Source: Octopus vulgaris
Lineage: Eukaryota
Assembly (NCBI GenBank): GCA_951406725.2
Contig: OX597827.1
Coordinates: 3,100,001-3,164,000, forward strand
Direction of reading: 5' to 3'
DNA length: 64,000 bases
The notes beneath the pieces were generated by a model. That model was given only the letters and a program-made list of their open reading frames with translations, was not told the origin of the DNA and made no database searches. Below, piece by piece: positions 39,879-51,620 of the stretch. The position numbers and the translations under genes were made by a program. The stretch's first letter is position 1; each line of letters begins with the position of its first letter.

Positions 39879-40606
39879 ACCTTTAGCATTTAAACAAGTC
39901 ATATCCAACAATATTCTATCGGTTTTATATTAAAACCAGCCAGCTCCAGCCTCTCACACCTACTGTAAAATGTCATTCTAAAAATAATCAATCACATCAC
40001 TGAAGTCTTGAAGATACAAGACAATGCAAGATTAATTCAAAACAATGTGAATACTGTAAATCCTCGAGTATAGTCTGCCCTTGAGTATAATATGCAGGGA
40101 TTTTTAGGGGGATGTACCTCTGAAAAGCCTAAACCTTGTGTATAATACGCACCACTTCTCTAACTTGAGTCATGTGTAATTAAGCCAGCAGCACCTAGTC
40201 GAACAAACACTTCTGTGCATGCGTAATACAATAATGGTGATGTTCTTAACTGTTATATGGGAATGTAAATATGTTTGCAAATTGTTTTTGTTACATGTTT
40301 TTCTGTGTTCTGAATACTTTTATTTTAATAAATGTTGCTTACTGCAAGTTATGGATGATTCTTTTATGACTTCATTGCTTTCAGGCTTAGCTTAAGGTAT
40401 TTTTGTGCCCGATATCACAAAATGTATCAGAATAAACATTGCCAGACAGCAAATTGAGACTCGGACATTGATTAGAAAATACCTTTCATTTTTAACCTCG
40501 TATATAGTACGCACTAGGGATTTTGACCATTAAATTTTGGGGAAAAACTGCAGGATTTATGGTAAATACGAAATACATTTGACAGATTAATCTAAATGTG
40601 CATAGG
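39879..40606. mobile_element. TTAA-flanked (piggyBac-like) MITE
   Basis: TTAA at 39875-78 and 40607-10, degenerate termini acctttagcattt / aaatgtgcatagg; split by the element at 40054-40562. Confidence 0.5.
40054..40562. mobile_element. Tc2/pogo-like MITE
   Basis: TA|ctgtaaatcct...aggatttatgg|TA; repeated subterminal (c)tcg/ttg-agtata-tacgc motifs. Confidence 0.65.
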
Positions 40607-40989
40607 TTAAGGGACGAGAAGGAAACAGGATGATAGCATTGAGTTCCACTGAGCAGCAACTCAATAAAAGAAGTTATAAGGATTATGACTAAGAGGAATC
40701 TTAACAGAGAAATGGTGTACTTAGCAAGAGATGCGTGATTTACGGAAAAACAACAAGGAAAAATTGAATAAAAAAAATATTAGTTTGTCTTTTTTTTTTC
40801 TAAATGTAAGTATCTTGTTGTCAAATTTTCCCCTAATTGTAAAATATTCTCCTGAAGACAAGACACAAAAATAAATACAAAGATGATTGTCATTTACTTT
40901 GCTCTAAAATGCTTGAACTGTGTTAACAAAAAAAAAATCTGATTTTTGTTCACAATGTATACTAGATGTCATTTTTGGATCTATCCTCC

Positions 40990-41435
40990 TCACCACCACC
41001 ATTACCATCATCATCATCATCACCACAACCACCGTCATCTTCACATCACCACACCACCATCACAGCCACTACCACCATCACCACCACCATCACCACTATC
41101 ACGGCCACCGCCAGTATCACAATCACCACCATCTACATCAGCATCATGATCTTCATCATCATTATCCCTATTATCTTTATTCTCAAGGTCATTGTTTTCA
41201 TCATCGAGCTCATTATCATAGTTGTTGTTGATGATGATGATGTTAACGGAAATGAAGCTGATGGTACACTTAAAGTGTGGATCCTAATACTGGTTACATT
41301 AATGATGATGACAATAACAACAGTAGCAGCAGTGGCAGCAGTAGCAGCAGCAATGGCACGATGATGATGATGATGTTGATGAATGATGGTGATGATGATG
41401 ATGATGATGAGGAGGAGGATCATAGCTACGATGAA
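40990..41435. repeat. (CAC/CAT)n switching to (GAT/GCA)n
   Basis: Direct reading. Confidence 0.9.
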
Positions 41436-41698
41436 GATAGAATCAGAAAATTGTTTGATGCTTACAAATTAATTAATTAAACCCAGATAGTCATCATTTC
41501 CGTAGCAACAGAGTAATTTTTCGCATTACAGCAAACTCTTGTTCTTCTAATTCTATCATGGCACCCTGCCATCCATCCACCTACCCCACCCCACCCAGTA
41601 ATTTGTCATTTCCACAATACTTTTACCTCAACCTCCCCACTTTCTTCTTTCTATGATGAAGTCAATTGTTTTTTTCGTCTTTATTTAAGCATTTTTGC

Positions 41699-41735
<37 letters not shown>

Positions 41736-42178
41736 GGGGTAGTGGGGGGTAAGTGTGGGAATCTTTTGTTTTTGTTTCATTCACCTTGCTCCCCCTCTAT
41801 TCCACTCTCTCTCTCTCTCCCTTTTCTCTCTCTCTCTCTCTCTCCTTAGCCCTTTCTCATCCTTCTCAATCCATCTTACTCACCATACCACAGTCTCTCC
41901 GTCTCTCCTTCCCTCTTTCTTTTTCGTTCCCTCTCTCTTTCGCATCTCTCCCTCTCCATCTTTCCCACTCTTTCATTGTCTGTCTCCCCTTTCGTACTCT
42001 TTCTCTTTCTCTTTCTCTCTCTCTCTCTTATCACTGTCACAACTTCCACTAATTGCAACTGAGCACCACACAAATTTACCTTCAGCAAATAAAAGGGGAC
42101 GGAAAATTAAAACACATTTAAATATAAACATGCAAACCTACCCCACTATCTATATATGTATTTATGTATGTATGTATG

Positions 42179-42218
<40 letters not shown>

Positions 42219-42337
42219 CATATATACACACATACATATATATATATACACACATACATATATATATATACATTCATACATATATATATATACACATGCA
42301 TACATATATATATGCACATACATATACATACATACAC

Positions 42338-42386
<49 letters not shown>

Positions 42387-42429
42387 AACAGATGTATACA
42401 TACATACATATATATATACAAGTATGTAT

Positions 42430-42620
42430 ATATAAAGAATGACCCAATTTCATTACGCAATATTTTAGTATGGAAAAGCAATAGAAAACTCCAGCTAAGT
42501 CACAAGTATTTACTCACAATCAACTTTTATTTCCTGTCTTACAAGCGTTCAATGTGGCCACCACCTGCAGCAGGGGCAACATTCAACACACTTTTGCCAC
42601 TGTTATCTGCCATGACTGTG
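42430..42620 (-). mobile_element. Tc1/mariner-superfamily 3' end fragment
   Basis: Minus strand ...[10 protein letters not shown] resembles transposase C-termini (GGHIE); abuts TA. Confidence 0.4.
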
Positions 42621-42624
42621 GATT

Positions 42625-43315
42625 TGCTCAGCTCAATGGGTCTTCTTCACAAGCATGACATAATGCCAAAGGTCCTGATCATTGCATCTGTGAGGTCCAA
42701 CACACAAAAGGAACTCAGCCATTTGTGCCTCTGTGAGCCCCAATGCTCGAAATGAAGTCACCCACTTTGCCTCCGTGAGGCCCAACACTTGAAAGGTTTT
42801 CTTTACATGCCCCCAGCATGGGTGCACTTGGATTGACAGGTCCTCTCAAGCACAGCACATTACCAAAGGTCTCAGTCACTAATTATTGCCGCTGTGAAGC
42901 TCAAATTTAGAAGATCATGCCTCACCACCTCGTTGCATGTCTTCCTGGGTCTACCTCTACCACAGGTTCCCTCCACAGTTAGAGATTGGCACTCCTTTAC
43001 ACTACTGTCCTTATCCATACGCATCACATGACCATACCAGCATGTCATCTCTCTTGCACACCTCATCTAATGCCTCTTATGCCTAACTTTTCTCTCAAGA
43101 TGCTTACACTCTGTCAAACATGCACACTAGTGTTGAACATCCAGCGAATCATACTGGCTTCGTTTCTTTGAAGCCTACACATGTCCTCAGCTTTCACAGA
43201 CCATTCTTCACTGCCATGCAGCATAGCTGTTCACACACAGGCATCAAACAATCTGCCTTTCACTCTGAGAGAGAGGCTCTTTGTTTCCAGGAGGGGTAGG
43301 AACTCTCTGAACTTT
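42625..43315 (-). pseudogene. older RTE LINE fragment (RT C-terminus and 3' UTR)
   Basis: WYGHVMRMDKDSSVK...VEGTCGRGRPRKT; same family as 47303-48006; about 42-bp tandem subrepeats at 42688-42800. Confidence 0.85.
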
Positions 43316-43348
43316 TATATATATATATATACATACACACACACATAC

Positions 43349-43402
<54 letters not shown>

Positions 43403-43407
43403 ATACA

Positions 43408-43451
<44 letters not shown>

Positions 43452-43764
43452 TATACACACACACACACATATATACACTCAGATATATATATATCTCAGA
43501 AGTTCCTTGAGTATTTAAGTGTGTGTGTGTGTCGTGGTGGTGGGGAGTATGTATGATTCAGATAAATATCTCCTTCACACTGATATGTGGTTGGTAGTTT
43601 TGGTAAAGGAGAGGCAATTTCTGAAGCATATGTTACAAATTTATTAAATGTAATATAAAAATACACTAAAGCAGAGGTGGAATGCACTCACATCATTGGA
43701 AACAACTGCATCATAACGTCTGTACACAACCACACACACACATATATATGCACATGTGAGTGTG

Positions 43765-43801
<37 letters not shown>

Positions 43802-43815
43802 GTGTATATATATGC

Positions 43816-43853
<38 letters not shown>

Positions 43854-44737
43854 ATATATATATATATGTACATGTATGTATGTATGTATGTATATTTATA
43901 TATACATGTATATGTATCTATATATATACACACATATATAGTCATATATATATACATATATATGTATATATACATAATATATATATATATATACACATAT
44001 ATACATTTATATATATATATATACATATACAAGTATATATAGTATGAGAGAGAGAGATACCTGTTTTTCATATATATATATATCAATTTACATTTATGTT
44101 TATGATATGGTATTCCATTGTTAACCATAAACACGCACACACACACATATATATATATGTACATATACACAAACTCACTCATATATGTGCTTGCATATAT
44201 ACATAGTCATTTTTTGTTTTCCAGGAAAATATTTTTTATTTCAAAAATTATATATAGCAGTCTTCAAAGTAGCTTTGAGAAACATTAAATGTAAATATAA
44301 AAATATAGGAAAAAAAATAATAAAAAAAAAAACATGATTAAATTGTAAAAAGGTTTGCAGGATTTTCAGTAATATGTGATTATTTTGATTCTATTTTAAG
44401 GCTTCAAAATAGATTTAAGGAGAAAATTGTATTTTCTTCAAATTAAATTACTTACTTAGAATGGTTAGAATAGAATTGAACTGATTCAACTTAAGAATGT
44501 TTCCAGTAATACTGTATGCACCAAGAAATCTACCTCTCACTCTACTGTAGCTCAGTTTAATATATTAAGTAAATTGGCTTGAAGCTGTACTTTGATTTGG
44601 CTTTTGTCGGAAATCTAAAAGATGAGGCCGGAATACATTTTAAACTTTGTCCCTTTTATATCATGTATATTTGCTAAAAAATAAAACAACCCAAAATTTG
44701 ATTAGAAAAAAAAAACATTACTGATAGTATAGATATT

Positions 44738-44780
<43 letters not shown>

Positions 44781-44989
44781 ATCAGTGTAAATATTAACAA
44801 AAAGATACTTAAGCTAGTTTAGAAGGTTTGGGAGCTGTGTTCTGTGAGAGTGATGTGCGTTGTTTACCCAGATGCTGATAGGTGTGCTATAAATAAGTAG
44901 TGATTTCTTTTGATTAGGTATGAATTTTTGTTTCCTTTTATTATACGCTTGTAGGAGTGTTGCACAGTTTTGTAGAATTAGCCTTTTCA

Positions 44990-45045
44990 CACATATATAT
45001 ATATAGATATGTGTATATATATATATGTATATATATATGTAAATA

Positions 45046-45106
<61 letters not shown>

Positions 45107-45438
45107 ATATATATATGCATATATATATATGTGTATATATATATGTGTGTATATATATATATGTGTATATATATATATGTGTATATATATATATATGTAT
45201 ATATATGTATATATATATATATGTGTGTATATATATGTGTGTATATATATATATATATTTGTATATATATGTATATATATATGTGTGTGTATGTATATAT
45301 ATGCATATATATATATTTATATATACATACACAGTTACAGACACATGTGTGCATATATATATATACACTTATATTCATACATGTATTTATATATATTTAT
45401 ACATGTATGTCTGTAGGCATATATGCATATATATATAT
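44990..45438. repeat. (TA)n/(TG) microsatellite
   Basis: Direct reading; similar tracts at 35156-35390, 42150-42433, 43316-43495, 43730-44040. Confidence 0.95.
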
Positions 45439-48006
45439 CATCATCATCATCATCATCATCATCATTTAGCGTCCGTTTTCCATGCTAGCATGGGTTGGAC
45501 GGTTCAACTGGGGTCTGGGGAGCCCGAAGGCTGCACCAGGCCAGTCAGATCTGGCAGTGTTTCTACAGCTGGATGCCCTTCCTAACGCCAACCACTCCGA
45601 GAGTGTAGTGGGTGATTTTATGTGCCACCGACACAGGTGCCAGACGAGGCTGGCGAACGGCCACGCTCGGATGGTGTTTTTATGTGCCACCGACACAGGT
45701 GCCAGACGAGGCTGGCAGACGGCCACGCTCGGATGGTGTTTTTATGTGCCACCGACACAGGTGCCAGATGAGGCTGGCAGGTGCCAGACGAGGCTGGCAG
45801 ACGGCCACGCTCGGATGGTGTTTTTATGTGCCACCGACACAGGTGCCAGATGAGGCTGGCGGACGGCCACGATCGGATGGTGTTTGTTACGTCCCCAAAG
45901 CACGGAGGCCAGTCTATGCGGTACTGGCTACGGCCACGTTCGGATGATTTTCTTGTGTGCCACCGGCACTGGTACCACAAAGATACAAATTCCATTATGT
46001 TCATCTATTTTGATTTGTTTTGATTTGATTTGATTTTCACTTGCCTCAACAGGTCTTCACAAGTGTCACTTGCCTCAACAGGTCTTCACAAGTGTCACAA
46101 GAAGGAAGGTATGCACAGGTGGACTGTCTACGTCGCCGGGTCTTCGGATGGTGTCTTTATGTGCCACCGACACAGGTGCCAGATGTGGCTGGCGAACGGC
46201 CATGATCGGATGGTTTTCTTGTGTGCCACCGGTACTGGAACCACAAAGATACAAATTCCATTGATGTTCATCTATTTTGATTTGGTTTGATTTTCACTTG
46301 CCTCAACAGGTCTTCACAAGTGTCACGCGTGTCACACACTTGCCTCAACAGGTCTCCACAAGTGTCACACACTTGCCTCTGCCTCAACAGGTCTTCACAA
46401 AGTGTCACACACTTGCCTCTGCCTCAACAGGTCTTCACAAGTGTCATAAGAGGGAAGGTATGCACAGGTGGACTGACTACGTCGCCGGGTCTTTGGATGG
46501 TGTTTTTATGTGCCACCGACACAGGTGCCAGGTGAGGCTGGCGAACGGCCACGATCAGATGGTGTTTGTTGTGCCCACAGCACGGAGGCCAGTCGATGCG
46601 GTACCAGCTACGGCCACTTCGGATGGTTTTCTTGTGTGCCACCGGTACTGGAACCACAAAGATACAAATTCCATTGATATTCATCTATTTTGATTTGGTT
46701 TGATTTTTTGATTTTTGATTTTCACTTGCCTCAACAGGTCTTCACAAGGGTCACACACTTGCCTCAACAGGTCTCCACAAGTGTCACACACTTGCCTCTG
46801 CCTCAACAGGTCTTCACAAGTGTCACACACTTGCCTCAACAGGTCTTCACAAGTGTCATAAGAGGGAAGGTATGCACAGGTGGACTGACTACGTCGCCGG
46901 GTCTTCGGATGGTGTCAGGTGGACTGACTACGTCGCCGGGTCTTCGGATGGTGTCAGGTGGACTGACTACGTCGCCGGGTCTTCGGATGGTGTCTTTATG
47001 TGCCACCGGCACAGGTGCCAGATGAGGCTGGCGAACGGCCACGATCGGATGGTGTTTGTTGTGCCCACAGCACGGAGGCCAGTCGATGCGGTACTGGTTA
47101 CGGCCACGTTTGGGTGGTTTTCTTGTGTGCCACCGGCACTGGTACCACAAAGAATACAATTCCACTGATGTTCATCTATTTTGATTTGTTTTGATTTGAT
47201 TTGATTTTCACTTGCCTCAACAGGTCCTCATAAGTGTCACAAGAAGGAAGGTATGCACAGGACTGACTACGTCCCAGGTCGGGGCCACGGGTTATGGCCT
47301 GACTAGTCTTGCCGGGTCTTCTCATGCACAGCATACTTCCATAGGTCTCGGTCTCTAGACATTTCCTTAGTGAGACCTAAAGTTCGAAGGTCGTGCTTCA
47401 CCACCTCGTCCCAGGTTTTCCTGGGTCTACCTCTTCCACAGGTTCCCTCCACTGCTAGGGTGTAGCACTTTTGCACACAACTATCTTCAGCCTTTCTTGT
47501 CACATGACCATACCAGCGCAGCCGTCTCTCTTGCACGCCACAACTGACGCTTCTTAGGTTCAGCTTTTCTCTCAAGGAACTTACACTCTGACGATTATGA
47601 ACACTGACATTACACATCCATCGGAGCATACTGGCTTCATTTCTTGCGAGCTTACGCATATCCTCAGCAGTCACGGCCCATGTTTCACTACCATGTAGCA
47701 TGGCTGTACGTACACATGCATCATACAGTCTGCCTTTTACTCTGAGCGAGAGGCCTTTTGTCACCAGCAGGGGTAAGAGCTCTCTAAACTTTGCCCAGGC
47801 TATTCTTACTCTAGCAGTTACACTTTCAGCACACCCACCCCCGCTACTGACTTGGTCTCCTAGGTAGCGGAAGCTATCAACTACTTCTAGTTTGTCTCCC
47901 TGGAACGTGGCAGAAGTTGGTCTCTGCATATTTCCAGTGTTTATTGCTCCTGAGCATTTGCCACAGACAAAAACTATTTTCCTAGTTAGCCTTCCTTTGA
48001 CATTGC
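45439..48006 (-). mobile_element. young 5'-truncated RTE-clade LINE
   Basis: Open RT C-terminal frame, long repeat-containing 3' UTR, (ATG)n tail, probable TSD tgcatatatatatat (45424-38 / 48007-21). Confidence 0.95.
45610..47275 (-). repeat. higher-order tandem array in the RTE 3' UTR
   Basis: 62-bp units (45667, 45729, 45811, 45873), 28-40-bp cacttgcctcaacaggtcttcacaagtgtca units (about 11), 39-bp x3 (46877, 46916, 46955), four super-units. Confidence 0.95.

Positions 48007-48010
<4 letters not shown>
47303..48010 (-). pseudogene. RTE ORF2 C-terminal ~235 aa (RT end/thumb), no internal stops
   Basis: [60 protein letters not shown]. Confidence 0.95.
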
Positions 48011-48048
<38 letters not shown>

Positions 48049-48371
48049 TATATATGTATATACATGAATGTGTGTGTGTGTGTAATGATTTTACATTTGC
48101 TTTTCATGCCAGCACATGTTGGCAGATCATTGCCACTCTCCTAACTGGATCTTAAGATCCATATTTTAACTCTAGGTTTAATTTTAGGGTCAGTTTCTAC
48201 AGTTTGATGCCGTTTCTAATGCTAACCACTTTACTTAGTGTACTAGGTGCATTTTATCACAGCATTACCACACACACACACATATGTACAATATGGCAAT
48301 GAGCACAAGTAAAAGACATGGGAGGACAAGCTTTAACAAAAGCCATATTAGTGTAATATTTATACAGAAGA

Positions 48372-48415
48372 GAAAATGTGACGTTTTGGACAGTAGTTCT
48401 TTATCAGAAAAAAAT
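48372..48415 (-). ncRNA. degenerate hammerhead relic (Penelope-type)
   Basis: CUGAUaA-A-GaAC(UACU)GUCC-aAAA-CG-UC; G8 and G12 mutated. Confidence 0.4.
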
Positions 48416-48603
48416 AAATAAGAGAATAAGAAAAGGTGATGTGAAAGATAAAAAGAATAAACAATGTTGGAAAACTGGTTAAAAGCAACAAGAGGAGGAG
48501 AGAAGGAGGTGAGGTGGTTATGGGAAAGTTGGTGTGGCATAAGGAGCAGTGGACCAAGAGACAACATGGGTAAGACAAGTTGTGTGTGTGTATGTCTATA
48601 TAC

Positions 48604-48659
<56 letters not shown>

Positions 48660-48926
48660 ATATATATGTTGCTTATATTTTTACAATTTTGTATATCTTT
48701 TATTGTTTACTTGTTTCAGTCATTAGATTGTGACTATGCGGGAACACCACCTTGAAGAGTTCGGTCAAACAAATCAACAGTACTTACTTAGTGCCTACAA
48801 ACAATCAGTACTTATTTATAATTTCATTACCTATTCTGTCAGTTTATTTCACCGAACCACTAAGTTATGGGGATGTTAAAAAAACAACATCAGTTGTCAA
48901 TTGGTGGCATGGGAGAAACAGATACA

Positions 48927-49468
48927 CAAGGTGCATTGTCGCCACGAAGAATCCAGTTCTTCACGCTCCACAAATTCAGTTGCTTTCTCCAAATGTCTTC
49001 CCTCAAACACTTCAAAATGCCACAGTAGAACTTTTGATTGATGGTCTGGCCCGGACTACATTTATGAGGGTAATGCTTGTGTCACATCTTTTAGATCACT
49101 CATCATCTTCCAGAGATGTTCTGCTTTTGAGGTACCTGTGCCATTCAAAACAATGTGTACAACCCTTTGCCTCATCACTGTAAGCTTGCCAATGCATGTT
49201 CAATATCTCTATAGCAGACTTCTGAAGTTTAACACATAATTTCACATTGGCTCTTTGTTTCTGTCCTTGACAAAATCGCAGACTACAGAATACATTTTGT
49301 TTTGTGATCACATAAACACAAATTTCACAACCTGCAAAGTTATCACAGTGATGTCACTTGGCACACTGCCTCGTGAAGGTCACTGCCAGCTCTCACTGCA
49401 CATGCAATCAATGCTGCTATCTGCTCAGGCAATACAGGCCGAGTCCAGAAACTTTCTGATACCACATC
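48927..49468 (-). mobile_element. deleted mariner inserted in a family A SINE (48697-49645)
   Basis: QRANVKLCVKLQKSAIEILNM..QAYSDEA...CFEWHR...SLEDDE, then FYCGILKCLRE..RK..LW..KNWILRGDNAP; TIR-like atcagaaagtttctggact. Confidence 0.8.
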
Positions 49469-50043
49469 ATACACATACACACATATACAATGGGCTTTTT
49501 ACAGTTTCTATCTACCAAATCTACTCACAACACTTTGGTTAGCCTGGGACCATGGTAGACACTCACCTATGGTGACAGGCAGGGGGACTGAACTCAAGAC
49601 CATATGTTTGAGAAGCAAGCTTCTTAATCACTCATCCACACCTGCACCAATTATATCAATTATTCATATTTCACAATTTTATATAATCAATCATATTTCA
49701 CAGTTTAGTATATTTATTATTGTATACAATTTTGCATATACTCATATCTGGAAACTTTGTAGAGCAATCATATTTCACAATATCAATCATCCCAGTTTAT
49801 AAGTATTCTTTTATTCTTTTACTTGTTTCAGTCATTTTGACTGTGGCCATGCTGGAGCACTGCCTTAAAGGATTTTTAGTCAAAGCAATCGACCCCAGGT
49901 CGTATTCTTTATAAGCCTAGTATTTATTCTATCAGTCTCTTTTGCTGAACCAGTAAGGTATGGGCACATAAACACACCAACATACACACACACATAAACA
50001 CACCAACATACACACACACATAAATATACATACATACATATAT

Positions 50044-50717
50044 AGGTAGACCCAGAAAGACAAGGATGAGGTGGTGAAGCATGACCTTCGAATGTTAGGC
50101 CTCGCAGGGGCAATGACAGGAGACTGAGACCTTTGGAGATATGCTGTGATTGAGAAGCTCCAGAAACTAAAGTGGGATCACAGACATGGCCAATGCCAGT
50201 GTTGCATTTAAAAGTACCCTTGATGCAGTGGGCAATATGATATGCTTGAGAAAACCTGTTGAGTCAAGTAAAACCAAAGCCAAAATCATAGCTGTGGCCA
50301 GTGCCCTCTGACAGGCTCCCATTCTGGTGACACATAAAAGCACCATCTGAACGTGGTCGATGCCAGGTCTGTCTGACTGGCTCCCGTGCTGGTGGCATGT
50401 AAAAAGCATCATCCAAATGTGGCCGATGCCAGTGCCCCTTGACTGGTTCCTATGCCAGTGACGTGTAAAAGGCACTATTCGAATGTGATCGATGCCAGGC
50501 CCACTTGACTGGTTCCTGTGCCAGTCGGACATAAAAAGCACCCATTACACTCTTGCAGTGGCTTGCATTAGGAAAGGCATCAAACTATAGAAACATTACC
50601 AGATAAGATTGGAGCCTGATGCAGCCACTGGCTTTCCAGACCTCAGTCAAACCATCCAACTCATACCAGCATGGAAAACGGAAGTTAAACAATGATGATG
50701 ATGATGATGATGATGTG
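50044..50717 (+). mobile_element. RTE 3' end with ~65-bp UTR subrepeats
   Basis: GRPRKT..DEVVKHDLR.LGL; about four gg..ca.ataaaagcac...gatgccag units; (GAT)n tail. Confidence 0.85.
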
Positions 50718-50789
50718 ATGATATATATGACAGGTTTCTTTCGGTTTCCATCTACCAAATTCACTCGCAACTCTTTGATCGGCCTGAGG

Positions 50790-51620
50790 CTATGGTGTTT
50801 ATTTGCATGTTTGATAGTGATTGGTTGTTTGCCAGTGTTTATCTGGACATTTGGTGGTTTTTGCTTGATTGTGGTATTATGTTGGCAATTACTTAAGTTT
50901 GGATTGGTTGTTGATTGTTTTTGATGGAGATGTTTAATGGCAATTGGTTGTGCTTCATGATTTTTGTTTGTACTGGATGATTGTTTGACACAAGCAATCA
51001 TCAAACAAATAATCACAGTCAAACATCTACACATTATCAAACACCCTATCATGCTCAAAGGATAAAAAAAAATCACCCTCAAACACCCAGACAAGTACAC
51101 AAATTACCACCAGATAGCCAATCACCATCAAGTGACATAACAATCATGAACCAAACAAATACTAATGCATAAACAATCACCATCACACATAATCACTATC
51201 AAATACAAAATATTTATCAAACACAATCATAATCAAATACTCGTACAATCACCATCAAGCATCCAATCAATAAACAACAAAAACACATCAAACTAACCAT
51301 CACCATCAAACAGAAACAATGGCCATAAAACACAATCATTATCAAACAAACAATCACCATCAAACATCCAAACATTATCAAACAGTTAAACACTGTTAAA
51401 CGATCAGATTGGAGCCTGGTGCAGCCATCTGGTTCGCCAGTTCTCAGTCAAATTGTCCAACCCATGGAAAGCGGACATTAAACGATGATGATGATGATGA
51501 CGATGAAACAATAAAAAAATTCATCATCAAACATCCAAAGAAATTAACATTAGATAGCAAAATGCCATCAAACAATTAACCGTTAGTTAATGAAATGATC
51601 ATCATCAAGAAATTAACCAA
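50790..51620. repeat. degenerate CAATCACCATCAAACA minisatellite with strand switch at about 50985
   Basis: tgtttgat.gtgattg units left of 50985, caatcaccatcaaac units to the right. Confidence 0.7.

Noticed and set aside
40920-41480. His-, Ser/Thr- or Asp-rich proteins
   Set aside because: Degenerate trinucleotide repeats open in several frames, without exon signals. The same applies to 15030-15410, 16121-16486, 22128-22337 and 63421-63766.
45636-45665. HDV-like ribozyme (hairpin followed by CGAA) in the 62-bp unit
   Set aside because: Could not build P1/P2/P3, and it is antisense to the LINE.
45610-47275. CRISPR-like array or repeat-protein gene
   Set aside because: No unique spacers and no cas genes in a eukaryotic context. 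ORFs occur in several frames on both strands because the repeat is GC-rich, and the array lies within a LINE 3' UTR.
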